DNA of 63,930 bases, filler included, from Octopus bimaculoides (Eukaryota), in NCBI RefSeq assembly GCF_001194135.2. It is 9 parts of 7 records of this genome, joined end to end, with 100 filler letters (N's around TTAATTAATTAA, not from the genome) between each part and the next. Parts side by side here need not be neighbours in the genome. Positions count along the whole stretch, not along the records: positions 45,555 to 53,666 come from NC_068988.1; positions 53,767 to 55,857 come from NC_068993.1; positions 55,958 to 60,917 come from NC_069003.1; positions 61,018 to 63,930 come from NC_068984.1; 5 more parts are not named here. One strand, given 5' to 3'. A model generated the notes under the pieces. The model did no database searches and had not been told where the DNA came from. It saw nothing but the letters and a program-made list of their open reading frames with translations. The stretch's first letter is position 1; each line of letters starts with the position of its first letter. The position numbers and the translations under genes are program-made. Shown piece after piece: positions 50,654 through 63,930 of the stretch.

Positions 50654-51159
50654 ACATATATATGTATATAGATATGCATACATGGGTACAGGATGTCAAG
50701 TGGAGACATACAAGGAAACCGAACGAAAACAAACATGGAAAGTCGGTCGACCAGACGAGATAAAGTAGTGAACGCTGGAGAAATATTGTCTTTGACAAGA
50801 AAAAAGATAGAAGTGTAGATAGGAATAGAAGAGGAGATACAAAAAGATATAAGAGATAGATAGGAATATGTGCAGTCTGTACGACAGCACTGAAGGAAAA
50901 GAGGATCGCGTGAGGAAATGAAAGATGGATGACGGTCACGTGTGAGTAACGAGAGAGAGTAAAGGAGGAAGAGGGAGAGAGAGACAGACAGAGAGAAAAC
51001 GGTGGAGGGGAGAAAAAAGAATAGGAGAAAGGATGAGAGAAAAAACGAAAGGGTGAGAGAGAGACAGAGAGAGAGAACAGAGAAGAGTAGAGTCGCATCA
51101 AAAATATTAAGATAAACTTACTTAGAAATGGATGCGTGGCGTTCAATCAAATAATATAG

Positions 51160-51240
<81 letters not shown>

Positions 51241-53766
51241 TCATATATACATACATATATGTACATACCTACACATATATATGTACATAGATCTTAAGAG
51301 GGTTAGGGTTAGCCATTGGATCTGGCACTTCGGTAGTAGAGTGACCAATGATTATTGAGGGTAGGAAGATGTTTAAAATTTTAGAAATCGATATTATTAA
51401 TGTGTCTCCTTCAACTTAGAAGGTGTTAATGGCGAGAGCAATAGTATGCCCAAAGGTTTTACTCTTCTTTAGAATTAAACACACACGAGCGTCAGTGCAT
51501 ATCCTCCAAGAAAGTGAGGGATTAGATAAATTTAGTGACTATAGAAGCACGTCATAATGCGTGACCGTTGAGTATCAGGGAGGAGACATATGGCTAGTAG
51601 ACTTATTGGTTAGAACCAGTCGGAAGAATTTTCGCCCACGGTGTACATGTGTGCGTTGGAGAGGGAGCTAAGGGGGTTGAAAGATGGTAGATTTGGAAGA
51701 TACTGAGTTATGAGGATATGACTCAAAGCAGGCAGCAAAAGTGGGCACATTTCCCATGAAGGTGTTTCTTGCAGAGCCATCATTATTTAGAAGAGGAAAT
51801 GGGAACTACGCAAAGATGATGACATTCTTGTGGGAAGTGACTAAAAGGATGAACATCTGTTTTGGGAAGCTGTAAAATTAATGGCCATTTCGTACACGAA
51901 GGCATCCTTTGAACACTGGCTGCTGGCTCTCAAAAGAGTAGTGCTGCAAGATTAATACCATCGAGTTTTGGTGGTGGTGGTGGTGGTGGTGGTGGTAGCG
52001 GTGGAAGCGGTGGAAGTGGTGGTGGCAGAAGTACTAGCCAAGACAGCAGAAGCAGAAAAGATGGAGAGGCAGGTTGCTTGGTGCGGGTAGAGGTCAGTAT
52101 GCTGTAAAATTTATTGTTGTTGTTATTACAAGTGTATTTTTGTAACTGTTACTGCTTTGCGTTTGACAATGTTGTTGCCGAAGCAGTCAAATTGATGATT
52201 GATTGATTCCCATGTTATTGTTATTGCGTTACTGAAGCAATTGCTGTTGTTCATCAAGTGTCATTGTTGTTACTACATTTGTTGAGGTTGTTGTATACGA
52301 CGCCGCTAATGTTGCTACTGAAGGGTCTGTAGTTGTTAATGATTAAAGTTCATGACGAAGTCATGTTGCAATAGTCGTTGTAGCTGCTGTCATAATGTAT
52401 CGAGAATTTGGAACAGAGAATGAAAGAAAGTTTATTGTTATTGTCATTTTTGACACCAGTACTGTTGGTGCTATGACTTTGTTGTTGCTGTTGTAACTGT
52501 TGATATTTATCAAAAATTAGCATTGCTTTAGTTTTTGCTGTTGTAGTCGTTGAGAAGTATTAAACAGAATCTTTTATCTATAATATTTGGTTTTAATAGG
52601 AATTCCAGTTATTATAGTGGGGGATAATCACTTTTTCATATGAGACGTGGTTGGAAATTCGAATTTGAAATTAAGGAATTACGTGGAAAATGATGCATAA
52701 CATTCACACTTGTATTTATTATTTTTCTTATTTATTACGAAGTTCTAACAGGCTTTGGTTGCTCCTATTCATGAATGGCACGATTTCATTCTTTTTAAAT
52801 ATCGTCAGCATGATATAAGATGTGATTTACTAATTGGAGATTATTTGTACGAAGTGAAACATTTCAGTAAATATTAAAAGAGTTAGAATCTGGTCGAAAT
52901 TCATGGAATGTGTTTTTTTCCTTCATAGAACATTTGTAGATTAGAAATCGAGTGAAAAAGAGAACGTTGTTAGGTTTTTGCAGACAGAATAATAGCGTTT
53001 CCAAGGGACTTTTATCTTAAGATAATGTCTTATAGTGATCAATAATTTCAATTTCAGCAAGAATTCCACAAGCAGTTTTCCGATATATTCTTTGTTAAAC
53101 AATAAACATCGACTCGATCAATTTATAAGAACGTCATTTTATTTGCCTTAAGTAGAATCATTTTTACATAAAGTAAAATATTTATATATTGCTTTGCCTC
53201 TCTTTTATTGAGACTGTTCATTATCGGTATATTTCTTATGAAACCTGGTTACAAAATATGAAAATAGAGACGCTGAAATTGTGAATTACATACCGTTTTT
53301 TATAATACCAGGTGAACAGCTGGTCAATGAAACCCAGTACAATACAATCCAAATGACATTTTTCCCGTTGAGCTCTGGGACAAAATAGTCAAGTAACTTA
53401 ATATACTGTGAAGGAATGTATAAAGTTCCGTCTTCACACAAGGCCCTAAAGTAAGACTTTTTTTAGTGGCGGGCTAATGAAGCAGTGCTGAGTGTGTCTA
53501 ATAAGCGTTACTGACTTCCACAGAAGGAAGACTGAATGACATAGCATTATATTATTCGTTGGCTTTTTGTGCGTTGTATGTAGAATCTGTTGTTAAACAC
53601 TTTTGGTCCAAAAGAAGTTACAGAAGTAAGAATACAAAATAAGTAATTGTATCTCGAGATGTATATNNNNNNNNNNNNNNNNNNNNNNNNNNNNNNNNNN
53701 NNNNNNNNNNTTAATTAATTAANNNNNNNNNNNNNNNNNNNNNNNNNNNNNNNNNNNNNNNNNNNN

Positions 53767-53841
<75 letters not shown>

Positions 53842-54065
53842 ACATACATACATATATACTTAGCCACACACATACGCTCACACACACATATAACACTGTG
53901 AGTCAGTGGTTGAATATGTATTTAGCTGTTCATATCCATCTACCCATCCATCTATCGATTAATCCACCCTTCTGTCCATTCTTACATCCACCCATCCAAC
54001 CATCAATCCAACCACTCATCCACATATTCATTCAAGCATGAATCCCTTCTTCCATCTATCAGTCC

Positions 54066-54174
<109 letters not shown>

Positions 54175-54253
54175 ACCGTGAGTTAAAAGTTCGTCCTGTC
54201 ATGTAAATTGTAGCCATACATACATAGATGTACACCCATGGATAGACATATGT

Positions 54254-54298
<45 letters not shown>

Positions 54299-54409
54299 TG
54301 TGTGTGTGTGTGTATGTGTGTATTTATACATATATATATATATATATGACACTTGATTACATGTGCGAATGAATGATTCTAATGAAACAGTTACCTACGT
54401 AATAGGTAT

Positions 54410-54459
<50 letters not shown>

Positions 54460-54469
54460 CACGAACGAC

Positions 54470-54600
54470 TGGTCTTAATTGCTAGGCCGGGTGATGCGTT
54501 GTGTTCTTGAGCAAAACACTTCATCTCACGTTACTCTGCGGTCTCTTCGACACCTGACGCGTGGCACAGACCATGCACCTGTTCAGGCGACAACACGAAC
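54470..54600 (+). mobile_element. SINE family C-like fragment
   Basis: GGCCGGGTGATGCGTTGTGTTCTTGAGCAAAACACTT, the complement of the head/body seen at 57870-57890 and 2545-2560. Confidence 0.5.
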
Positions 54601-55809
54601 GACTAGTTCTCAGAATCTATGTAATATATGCTCGATCTGTTATAGTTTATCCAGTCGTGCTTTCTATCTTCTAAGAAGCATACTTTCTTTAGTTGTCCGT
54701 ATCCGATCTTGTATTTGACAAAACAAATGTAAAATTGGAATTTGAGGAAATTTATGGATTTTTTTGTTGCACAAATTCTAAATGCTCACTTAGTGGAATC
54801 TGTCACGTTTTCGGATCTCATACTTTTTGCACATGATTATTGAATTTGTGTTTTGTGTTTTCTTCCCAAACAGTACATTTAATAGTATACAGCAATTTTT
54901 TGTTGAACAAGTGATTTTTCGCGGTAGAATCATTTCACCAGTTCATCAAAAAATTCTTGTTTAAACTCAGTTGATCCCTAATTGAATTGGTTTTCCCATC
55001 CATGGTTTACAACCGCATCCCACCCATGGTTTAAAAATGTTTTCTACCTTACATTTTCTCCTTACTCTTCTTTACACTTTCTCACTACTCAAAACGATGC
55101 TATATTGCTGAACACAGCATATTTAAGCCCGGCCTTGGGTTTCCCTCTGTTAATAGTTTTCATCGTTATTTGACCAGAGGTCAGCCTTTAATGTGAAGTC
55201 CTCTGATCTACTGCATGCTAGTCTAGACTATCACATATATTTTTTTAATTGTTCCCAGTCTCTTTAGGACCACAGTTTTATGCATTTAACCATGTTTAAA
55301 AACTGTAGAGAGATTTTGCTGGTTTTTTAGCAGGCTGATTGATAGAGGCTATATCATAGGCTTGTTCACAAGAGTGGAGTATGCACTGCTAAGGCAGTCA
55401 TGAGATACGAACTCATGGCCAAGCTTTTGATAATTCCCCAATTCCACCATATTCAGCTTGTCCCTTCCTGTCGCTAATTTATTTGGTTTTACTACGCTAA
55501 ATATCCATTCCGCTTGTTAATTAAAATTTTGCAATTAAAACATAACGCCAGTTCTCTGACGCTAGAGCTGAAGGCCACTTACCAATACTAATTAATTAGA
55601 GCCGGCAGCAGATACTAACACTTGCTGGTGTCATAGTTACTAATTATATCTTAACAATTACACATTAAAGAAAAGGAAAAGGAAGAGGATAATAAAGGTT
55701 TGGACGCAGTTTTGGAACGCATCCTGTATCAGCTTCCGCCTTCTCTATTCGGAACATTTGTTCAACATTCCATCAAGGAAATGAATACATTTCCAGACAA
55801 AGACGTTGG

Positions 55810-55857
<48 letters not shown>

Positions 55858-56267
55858 NNNNNNNNNNNNNNNNNNNNNNNNNNNNNNNNNNNNNNNNNNN
55901 NTTAATTAATTAANNNNNNNNNNNNNNNNNNNNNNNNNNNNNNNNNNNNNNNNNNNNATATATATAGTTTAGGAGGAGCAGTAAAAGGAGAAGAAGGAGA
56001 AAAGGGAGAAGAAAGAGAAGAAGGAGAAGAAGAAGAAGAAGGAGAAGAAGAAGAAGAAGAGGAAGAAGAAGGAGAAGAAGCAGTGGGTTCCAGAACTGGT
56101 GCCCTCCACCGAAGACAGCGTGGGGGGAAGAGGCAGAGGTGGCGATGAGGGGGGTCACACATCAATCACATAATACAGGGAATCAAAAAAAAAAACCAGA
56201 AAAGGGGCACTCAGCCCTGAGCCTTCTTCCAATTTCATATCATGATCATCATAATCATCATGACCAC

Positions 56268-56352
<85 letters not shown>

Positions 56353-57717
56353 GTTATTTCTGCGGGTCTTTTTTGTTTTTCTTTTTATCGTTGGGTGGCT
56401 TATGATTAATCATATGCTCTTTAGATATTCATTTGAGGGTGAAAACATGTTTGTTGACACAAGCTTAAGACATCAAAGGCCTGAGTTGTTTACTGAATCA
56501 AATTGAAAAACTGGAACTTTTGTTGGTTCTGGAAGCAGCAGTGTAGAAGTAGGAAAAAGCAGTAGTAGTGGTAGCAGTAGTTGGTGGTAGTGGCTGTAAC
56601 ATTAGCTCGGTGTGATTCTGTTGGGATCCCTGCCACGTCTGTAGTGGCAATAATAGTACGAGCTGTAGCGGTAGAGTGTTGCATGGCTCAATGCTGATCG
56701 GATTAGGAGGAAACCAGATGCTACCAATGATAAGGTCAGTTCTTGAAGACGGGCTTCAGTCAACGAAATGACAACTGGGTTTTATATATTGTTATTATTA
56801 TTATTATTATTATTTTTTGTTGTTTGTTTTTTTTTGTTTTCCGAGGTGAAATTAACTGTGCTTTGCTTCAAAGAATTCACCACCACCACCTCCACCNNNN
56901 NNNNNNNNNNNNNNNNNNNNNNNNNNNNNNNNNNNNNNNNNNNNNNNNNNNNNNNNNNNNNNNNNNNNNNNNNNNNNNNNNNNNNNNNNNNNNNNNNNNN
57001 NNNNNNNNNNNNNNNNNNNNNNNNNNNNNNNNNNNNNNNNNNNNNNNNNNNNNNNNNNNNNNNNNNNNNNNNNNNNNNNNNNNNNNNNNNNNNNNNNNNN
57101 NNNNNNNNNNNNNNNNNNNNNNNNNNNNNNNNNNNNNNNNNNNNNNNNNNNNNNNNNNNNNNNNNNNNNNNNNNNNNNNNNNNNNNNNNNNNNNNNNNNN
57201 NNNNNNNNNNNNNNNNNNNNNNNNNNNNNNNNNNNNNNNNNNNNNNNNNNNNNNNNNNNNNNNNNNNNNNNNNNNNNNNNNNNNNNNNNNNNNNNNNNNN
57301 NNNNNNNNNNNNNNNNNNNNNNNNNNNNNNNNNNNNNNNNNNNNNNNNNNNNNNNNNNNNNNNNNNNNNNNNNNNNNNNNNNNNNNNNNNNNNNNNNNNN
57401 NNNNNNNNNNNNNNNNNNNNNNNNNNNNNNNNNNNNNNNNNNNNNNNNNNNNNNNNNNNNNNNNNNNNNNNNNNNNNNNNNNNNNNNNNNNNNNNNNNNN
57501 NNNNNNNNNNNNNNNNNNNNNNNNNNNNNNNNNNNNNNNNNNNGGCCCCAAATTTTTCACAAATAAAGTCAATTCTTTCCAAACCCGGCCCCCAAAGTTT
57601 TCACAAATGAAGTCAGCTCTTTCCAGTCCTATTATCAAAACAAACACATGTATAATAATAATAATAATAATAATAATAATTATTATTATTATTATTATTA
57701 TTATTCAGATCCAGCAT

Positions 57718-57935
57718 GACACAGAGTGTGACAAGGCTGGCCCCCTTTGAATTACAGGTACAACAGAAACAGGAAGAAAGAAAGAAAGTTGTGGTGAAAG
57801 AGTACAGCAGGGTTCATCACCATCCCCTGCAGGAGCCTCGTGGAGCTTTAGGTGTTTTCGCTCAATAAACACTCGCAACGCCCGGTCATGGAATCGAAAC
57901 CACGATCCCACGAGTTCGCTGCCCTAACCACTGGG
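57718..57935 (-). mobile_element. SINE family C
   Basis: Minus strand has an A box (CCCAGTGGTTAGGGCAGCG) and a B box (GGTTTCGATTCC), followed by GTGTTTATTGAGCGAAAACAC. Confidence 0.7.
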
Positions 57936-58014
57936 CCGTTGCCGTTGCACCTCCACATAAGAACAGTAATAAATGAGAGAAGAATGAATATATAATGTGT
58001 GTGTTTATTCGGTC

Positions 58015-58330
58015 ATTCTGGAGCATCACCATGGAGGATTTTTGGTCAAACAAATTGACCCCAGCCTAGTACTTGTTCTATTGGTCTATTTTGCTGAACT
58101 GCTAAGTTATGGGGACATAAACACACCAACACCGGTTGTCAAGCAGTGATGGGGGGAGGGGCAAACATAATACAAAGACACACACACACATTATATATAC
58201 GATGGGCTTCTTTCAGTTTCCGTCTACCAAATCCACTCATAGGGCTTTGATTGGCCCAAAGCTATAGTAGAAAACACTCGCCCAAGGTGCCATGCAGTGG
58301 GATTGAACCTGGAACGATGTGGTTTGAAAG
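58015..58330 (-). mobile_element. SINE family A, full length
   Basis: Reverse complement of 31806-32165. Confidence 0.85.
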
Positions 58331-58687
58331 CAAGCTTCTTACCACACAGCCTCCTGTAAAAGATTGTTGTCAAAAATCTCAACAGATTTCATTGTCTTCT
58401 TCTATGCACAAGAGCTGACCTCCTACGCTAGAAATAGCAGTCAGCTCCACCAGGACCAGCTATACTATGTGTGGTGACCATCATCTCCAGTTCTTACTGC
58501 GGAGGATAACACAGTGCAAGGTCAAGGATGAGGACCACGATGATGATGACGACAACTATGATGACACTGACAGCAATGATGATGACGATGAGAGCAACAC
58601 CAACTGCAATGAAGATGATGACGACGACAACTGTAGCGAAAGAAACATACTAATTCACCTAAACTAACCAGCCAGCACACCAGGCAA

Positions 58688-58725
<38 letters not shown>

Positions 58726-59298
58726 GGGCATTGTTAAATAAACAAATATAGATGTGAGCAANNNNNNNNNNNNNNNNNNNNNNNNNNNNNNNNNNNNNNN
58801 NNNNNNNNNNNNNNNNNNNNNNNNNNNNNNNNNNNNNNNNNNNNNNNNNNNNNNNNNNNNNNNNNNNNNNNNNNNNNNNNNNNNNNNNNNNNNNNNNNNN
58901 NNNNNNNNNNNNNNNNNNNNNNNNNNNNNNNNNNNNNNNNNNNNNNNNNNNNNNNNNNNNNNNNNNNNNNNNNNNNNNNNNNNNNNNNNNNNNNNNNNNN
59001 NNNNNNNNNNNNNNNNNNNNNNNNNNNNNNNNNNNNNNNNNNNNNNNNNNNNNNNNNNNNNNNNNNNNNNNNNNNNNNNNNNNNNNNNNNNNNNNNNNNN
59101 NNNNNNNNNNNNNNNNNNNNNNNNNNNNNNNNNNAAACACAAAAATACAAATTACACATTTTCCATTAATTGAATGATATTTTCTAGCACCAAAGCATGT
59201 TTTTCTTTTCTTCTCCGAACAGATGTACAATATTATAAAAATAATAATGATAATAAGAATAAAAATAATAACGACAACAAGTTATTTTATTTTTTTAA

Positions 59299-59346
<48 letters not shown>

Positions 59347-59507
59347 TGAATTCAAAGTTTGTGAATATTGTTGTTGCTATTGTTACTGTTGTCGTTGTTA
59401 TTTTCACACTATTCTCATCTTTTAGCATTTGCTTCATTCAATTTGACAGATGACAAAATGCATAATAAAAACAGGCTAAAAACCATACATCATCATCATC
59501 ATCATCA

Positions 59508-59540
<33 letters not shown>

Positions 59541-59877
59541 GTTGTAGAGGTGTTTTGTTGCCAGGGCAATGAACTGGTTTAACAGCAAACACGTTGCAAA
59601 CATTTCAGGTTTATCTCCCCTGTCCTTCTTGTTCGGAATTATGAATGCCTGACTCCAGTAATGCAGAGTAATTTTTTAACTGGGACTAATTTTAACCAAT
59701 TAAAATTTCCTGGCTCATTTACAATAAGTGTGCCAACACAAACATCTAATCCTTCAGCATTCAGATGACTCTCTCAAACACCAGCCCAGCAGAATGGACT
59801 AAGTGCTTTCCATGTGGCACAAGCACAGGTGAGGTCGCCCTTTCAAATGCCCTTCCATATATATATATATATATACT

Positions 59878-60045
59878 CTCTGAGTGGTTGGCGTTAGGAA
59901 GGGCATCCAGCTGTAGAAACTCTGCCAAATTAGATTGGAGCCTGGTGTTGCCATCCGGTTTCACCAGTCCTCAGTCAAATCGTCCAACCCATGCTAGCAT
60001 GGAAAGCGGACGTTAAACGATGGTGATGATGATGATGATGATGAT
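59878..60045 (+). mobile_element. RTE LINE 3' tail (5'-truncated copy) ending in (GAT)n
   Basis: Nearly identical to the reverse complement of 11948-12040; ends CATGGAAAGCGGACGTTAAACGATGGTGATGATGAT. Another tail lies at 6300-6342. Confidence 0.85.
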
Positions 60046-61017
60046 ATATATATACAGTGCTGGTGCCATGTGAAAAGCATCCAGTCTACACTGTAAAGGC
60101 ATCATACATATGTCTGTCTGTTTGTCTGTCTATCTGTCTTTCTATGTAGCTATCTATATCATCATCATCATCATTATTGTTTAACATCTGTCTTCCATGC
60201 TGGAATGGGTTGGATGGTTTGACAGGAACCTGCACCATGGCCAAAGCCTTAGGGCGGAAACATATAAAAGAATAAAAGAATGTATGTATGTATGTATGTA
60301 TGTATGTATATATGTATATACATACTGGTCTGTCCGGGGCTGTAATCGAAGACACTTGCACAAGGTGCTGTGTACAGGGAGCAAACCCAAAACTGCAAAG
60401 CTGATAAGCAAGCTTGTTAACCACATAGCCATGAAATGTCATTTTTAGGAGATATGACTTCTATATCTAGCATGCTGAGCAGCAACTACATAACTACACA
60501 GAAGCTCATTTATTGAGCTGTACAAGCACTTCACTGAGTTTGATTCATTGAGCCATTTGTTACTGTATTTCTGTTGAGATGCTCTGTGTTTCTTTCAATT
60601 AATTTCAAATATAACAAAGAATTTAGTAAAATAACTTAGTTATCATTAAGCTGGTGGTAGGAACTTAAATTGTGGCTAAGGTTTGGTGGAAGATTTTAAT
60701 TCAGAGCTTTTGAAAACAAGACATTTGTACTACAAAGCCAGAGCCAGTTTCAGCTGGGTTGGTATTGAAAGAGCTAAATAGTTCTCTGGTAGAGAGTTAA
60801 TGATTGCCAAGAATGTTTTCAAAAAATTTGGCTGCTATTTTTAGCAGTCAAGTGACTGTAAAGAAATTTCATTATGAACTGATGTCCTCTTAAACCTACA
60901 CAACATTGATATTACTTNNNNNNNNNNNNNNNNNNNNNNNNNNNNNNNNNNNNNNNNNNNNTTAATTAATTAANNNNNNNNNNNNNNNNNNNNNNNNNNN
61001 NNNNNNNNNNNNNNNNN

Positions 61018-61797
61018 GCTTAGGCATGTCCTCAGCAGTCACGGCCCATGTTTCACTACCATGTAGCATGGCTGTTCATATATATGCGTCATACAGTCTG
61101 CCTTTTACTCTGAGTGAGAGGCCCTTTGTCACCAGCAGAGGTAAGAGCTCTCTAAACTTTACCTAGGCTATTCTTATTCTAGCAGCTACACTTTCAGCGC
61201 ACCCTCCCCCACTACAAACTTGGTCACCTAGGTAGCAGAAGCTATCAGCTACTTGTAGTTTTTCTCCCTGGAGTGTGGCAAAGGTTGTTTTCTGCACATT
61301 TTCAGTGTTTATTGCACCTGAGCATCTGTCACATACAAAAACTATATTGCTAGTAGGCCTTCCTTTGATATTGCTGCGCCTCTTATGTGTCCATAGCTTA
61401 CACTGGGTACATCTCATAGAGTTTCTACCTAGGCCTTTTCTACAGATCGAGCAGGGCCATCTACCTGAAGGGGTTCGTGTTTTGTCTACCTTCCTACTTA
61501 CTAAGACTTTGGTTTTAGCTAGGTTGACTCTAAGGCCCTCCGATTCTAAACCTTGCTTCCACACCTGAAACTTCTCCTCTAGTTCTGATAGTGACTCAGC
61601 AATTAGTGCAAGGTCATCCGCATAGAGGAGCTCCCAGGGGCATCCCATGTTGAATTCCTCTGTTATTGCCTGGAGGACTATGATAAATAGGAGGGGGCTG
61701 AGGACTGATCTTTGGTGGACCCCTACCTCTACCTGGAATTCTTCACTGTACTCGTTGCCAAACCTCACCTTACTGATAGCATCTCTGTACATGGCTC
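61018..61797 (-). mobile_element. RTE-clade LINE RT fragment with an embedded PHD-like finger
   Basis: Open frame 61163-61801: GVHQ.SVLSPLLFIIVL, PWELLYADDL, VNLAKTKV, C-x2-C-x10-C-x2-C-x4-H-x2-R-x14-C-x2-C, FCYLGDQ. Same family as 11948-14100. Confidence 0.95.
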
Positions 61798-62129
61798 GCA
61801 CATATATACAGATTTACATGTATGTGTGTATATATGTCTGTATATGCATATATATGTACATGTATGTGTATATGTGTGTGTGTGTGTGCGTGTGTGTGTG
61901 TGCATGTCAACATATATGTCAGCATATTCATCTGTGCGCATTTGCATTTTTTGTAGGTGTATGTATATATTACTGTGAATGTGTATTTGTGTACACAGGC
62001 ATATGTTTATGTGTTTATGTATCCATATTTGAATGTGTGAATGCATATGTATGTATATATTTATCTTATTTTTAGTATACATTTATCTTATTTTTAGTAT
62101 ATATTTTCTTCATTTTTAGAATATATTTT

Positions 62130-62175
<46 letters not shown>

Positions 62176-63148
62176 ATATATATATATTTTCTTTTTTTAT
62201 TCGGAAGTCCTGCAGCGATGGGAAGGTGGTGAAGCATGCAGACCTGACAGGTTGGACGCATGTAGTCAGCGACCTCCACGTAGGCGGCCCATGCTAGATA
62301 TNNNNNNNNNNNNNNNNNNNNNNNNNNNNNNNNNNNNNNNNNNNNNNNNNNNNNNNNNNNNNNNNNNNNNNNNNNNNNNNNNNNNNNNNNNNNNNNNNNN
62401 NNNNNNNNNNNNNNNNNNNNNNNNNNNNNNNNNNNNNNNNNNNNNNNNNNNNNNNNNNNNNNNNNNNNNNNNNNNNNNNNNNNNNNNNNNNNNNNNNNNN
62501 NNNNNNNNNNNNNNNNNNNNNNNNNNNNNNNNNNNNNNNNNNNNNNNNNNNNNNNNNNNNNNNNNNNNNNNNNNNNNNNNNNNNNNNNNNNNNNNNNNNN
62601 NNNNNNNNNNNNNNNNNNNNNNNNNNNNNNNNNNNNNNNNNNNNNNNNNNNNNNNNNNNNNNNNNNNNNNNNNNNNNNNNNNNNNNNNNNNNNNNNNNNN
62701 NNNNNNNNNNNNNNNNNNNNNNNNNNNNNNNNNNNNNNNNNNNNNNNNNNNNNNNNNNNNNNNNNNNNNNNNNNNNNNNNNNNNNNNNNNNNNNNNNNNN
62801 NNNNNNNNNNNNNNNNNNNNNNNNNNNNNNNNNNNNNNNNNNNNNNNNNNNNNNNNNNNNNNNNNNNNNNNNNNNNNNNNNNNNNNNNNNNNNNNNNNNN
62901 NNNNNNNNNNNNNNNNNNNNNNNNNNNNNNNNNNNNNNNNNNNNNNNNNNNNNNNNNNNNNNNNNNNNNNNNNNNNNNNNNNNNNNNNNNNNNNNNNNNN
63001 NNNNNNNNNNNNNNNNNNNNNNNNNNNNNNNNNNNNNNNNNNNNNNNNNNNNNNNNNNNNNNNNNNNNNNNNNNNNNNNNNNNNNNNNNNNNNNNNNNNN
63101 NNNNNNNNNNNNNNNNNNNNNNNNNNNNNNNNNNNNNNNNNNNNNNNN

Positions 63149-63930
63149 TATGCACCTACTTTGACTAGCTGTGATGAAGATAAAACAATGTTTTATACCC
63201 AGCTGAGAGCCATACTTAGAAAAATCGCCAATTCTGATAAAGTCATTCTACTGGGGGATTTTAATGCCAGAGTTGGAACAGACTGGCAAACATGAAACTC
63301 TCTAGGACGTTTTGGAGTAGGGAAAATGAATAGCAATGGTCTCATGCTACTGGAGCTTTGCGAAGAACATGGAATTTACATCGCAAGCACTCATTTTATG
63401 CACAAAGGTGATCACACAACAACATGGATGCACCCAAGGTCCAAAGTTTGGCACTTGCTGGATTATGTTATCAACCGCAAGTGCGACATTTATGACATTT
63501 GTAATGTCAAGTCCTTCCATGGATCAGAATGCTGGACAGACTACAGTCTGGTGCAAGCAAAGTTCCGAATAGTAATTAGAGTAAAAGAGAGAAGAGGACC
63601 AGTCAGCATTCCTCGCCGTCTAAATGTCCACAAGGTATATGATGAGGTTCGGAAAGAAATTCAGACTCACTTGTCCAGCATTGAAACTGCTGCAGCATGG
63701 GAGGATTTTCGAGACCACGTTCTACAATGTGCAGCCGAAACCCTGGGATATGTTACTGCCAGACACAGAAACTGGTTTGACGAGAATGATGCTGAAGTTC
63801 AGCGACTATTGGTGGTAAAGCGCCATGCTCACAGTGTATTGCTACACAGAGAACTGTCTACTGTGCAGCAAAGTCTAGCACTTGCCCACTATAACAGTGT
63901 AAAATCAGTACTGCAGCGATCTCTCAGGAA
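63149..63930 (+). mobile_element. RTE/BovB-like LINE AP endonuclease and linker, nearly intact, runs off the window
   Basis: Single frame YAPT...ILLGDFNARVG...GKMNSNG..LL...TWMHPRSK.WHLLDYVI...CWTD...WFDEND, with only one stop (TGA at 63293-63295). Confidence 0.93.

Noticed and set aside
55655-55812. Protein-like short frame EKEKEEDNKGLDAVLERILYQLPPSLF...
   Set aside because: No usable start or acceptor, a purine-rich upstream region and no recognised homology.

Overview
This is eukaryotic, AT-rich, repeat-dense draft-assembly sequence with about 15% N. It most likely comes from an intron or intergenic region of a cephalopod (Octopus-like) genome; that assignment is inferred from repeat style and SINE/RTE content, not from a database match. 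No complete host gene, rRNA, functional tRNA or CRISPR array is visible, and most ORF-track entries are microsatellite or N-gap artefacts. The window contains decayed transposons: three RTE-clade LINE pieces, two Tx1/L1-like pieces, three R4/Dong-like RLE-LINE pieces, a Penelope-like GIY-YIG fragment, three mariner fragments, a hAT MITE with an 8-bp TSD, TTAA-ended MITEs and at least three tRNA-derived SINE families. There is one well-formed 63-nt candidate exon on the minus strand (17020-17082). The most interesting region is 22.9-26.3 kb, next to the Penelope-like fragment. It holds (i) a head-to-head palindrome of a tRNA-like Pol III head followed by (TAA)n and an almost canonical minimal type I hammerhead ribozyme, (ii) a second, decayed hammerhead-like motif with a G3-C8 swapped core, and (iii) a fold-back insertion of that second family with a 13-bp TSD. 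Together these suggest small ribozyme-bearing non-autonomous elements mobilised by Penelope-like machinery (inference). One RTE copy also carries a PHD-type Cys/His finger inside its RT domain. Eight N44-TTAATTAATTAA-N44 blocks are artificial gap markers. Transposon boundaries are approximate unless TIR/TSD positions are given.
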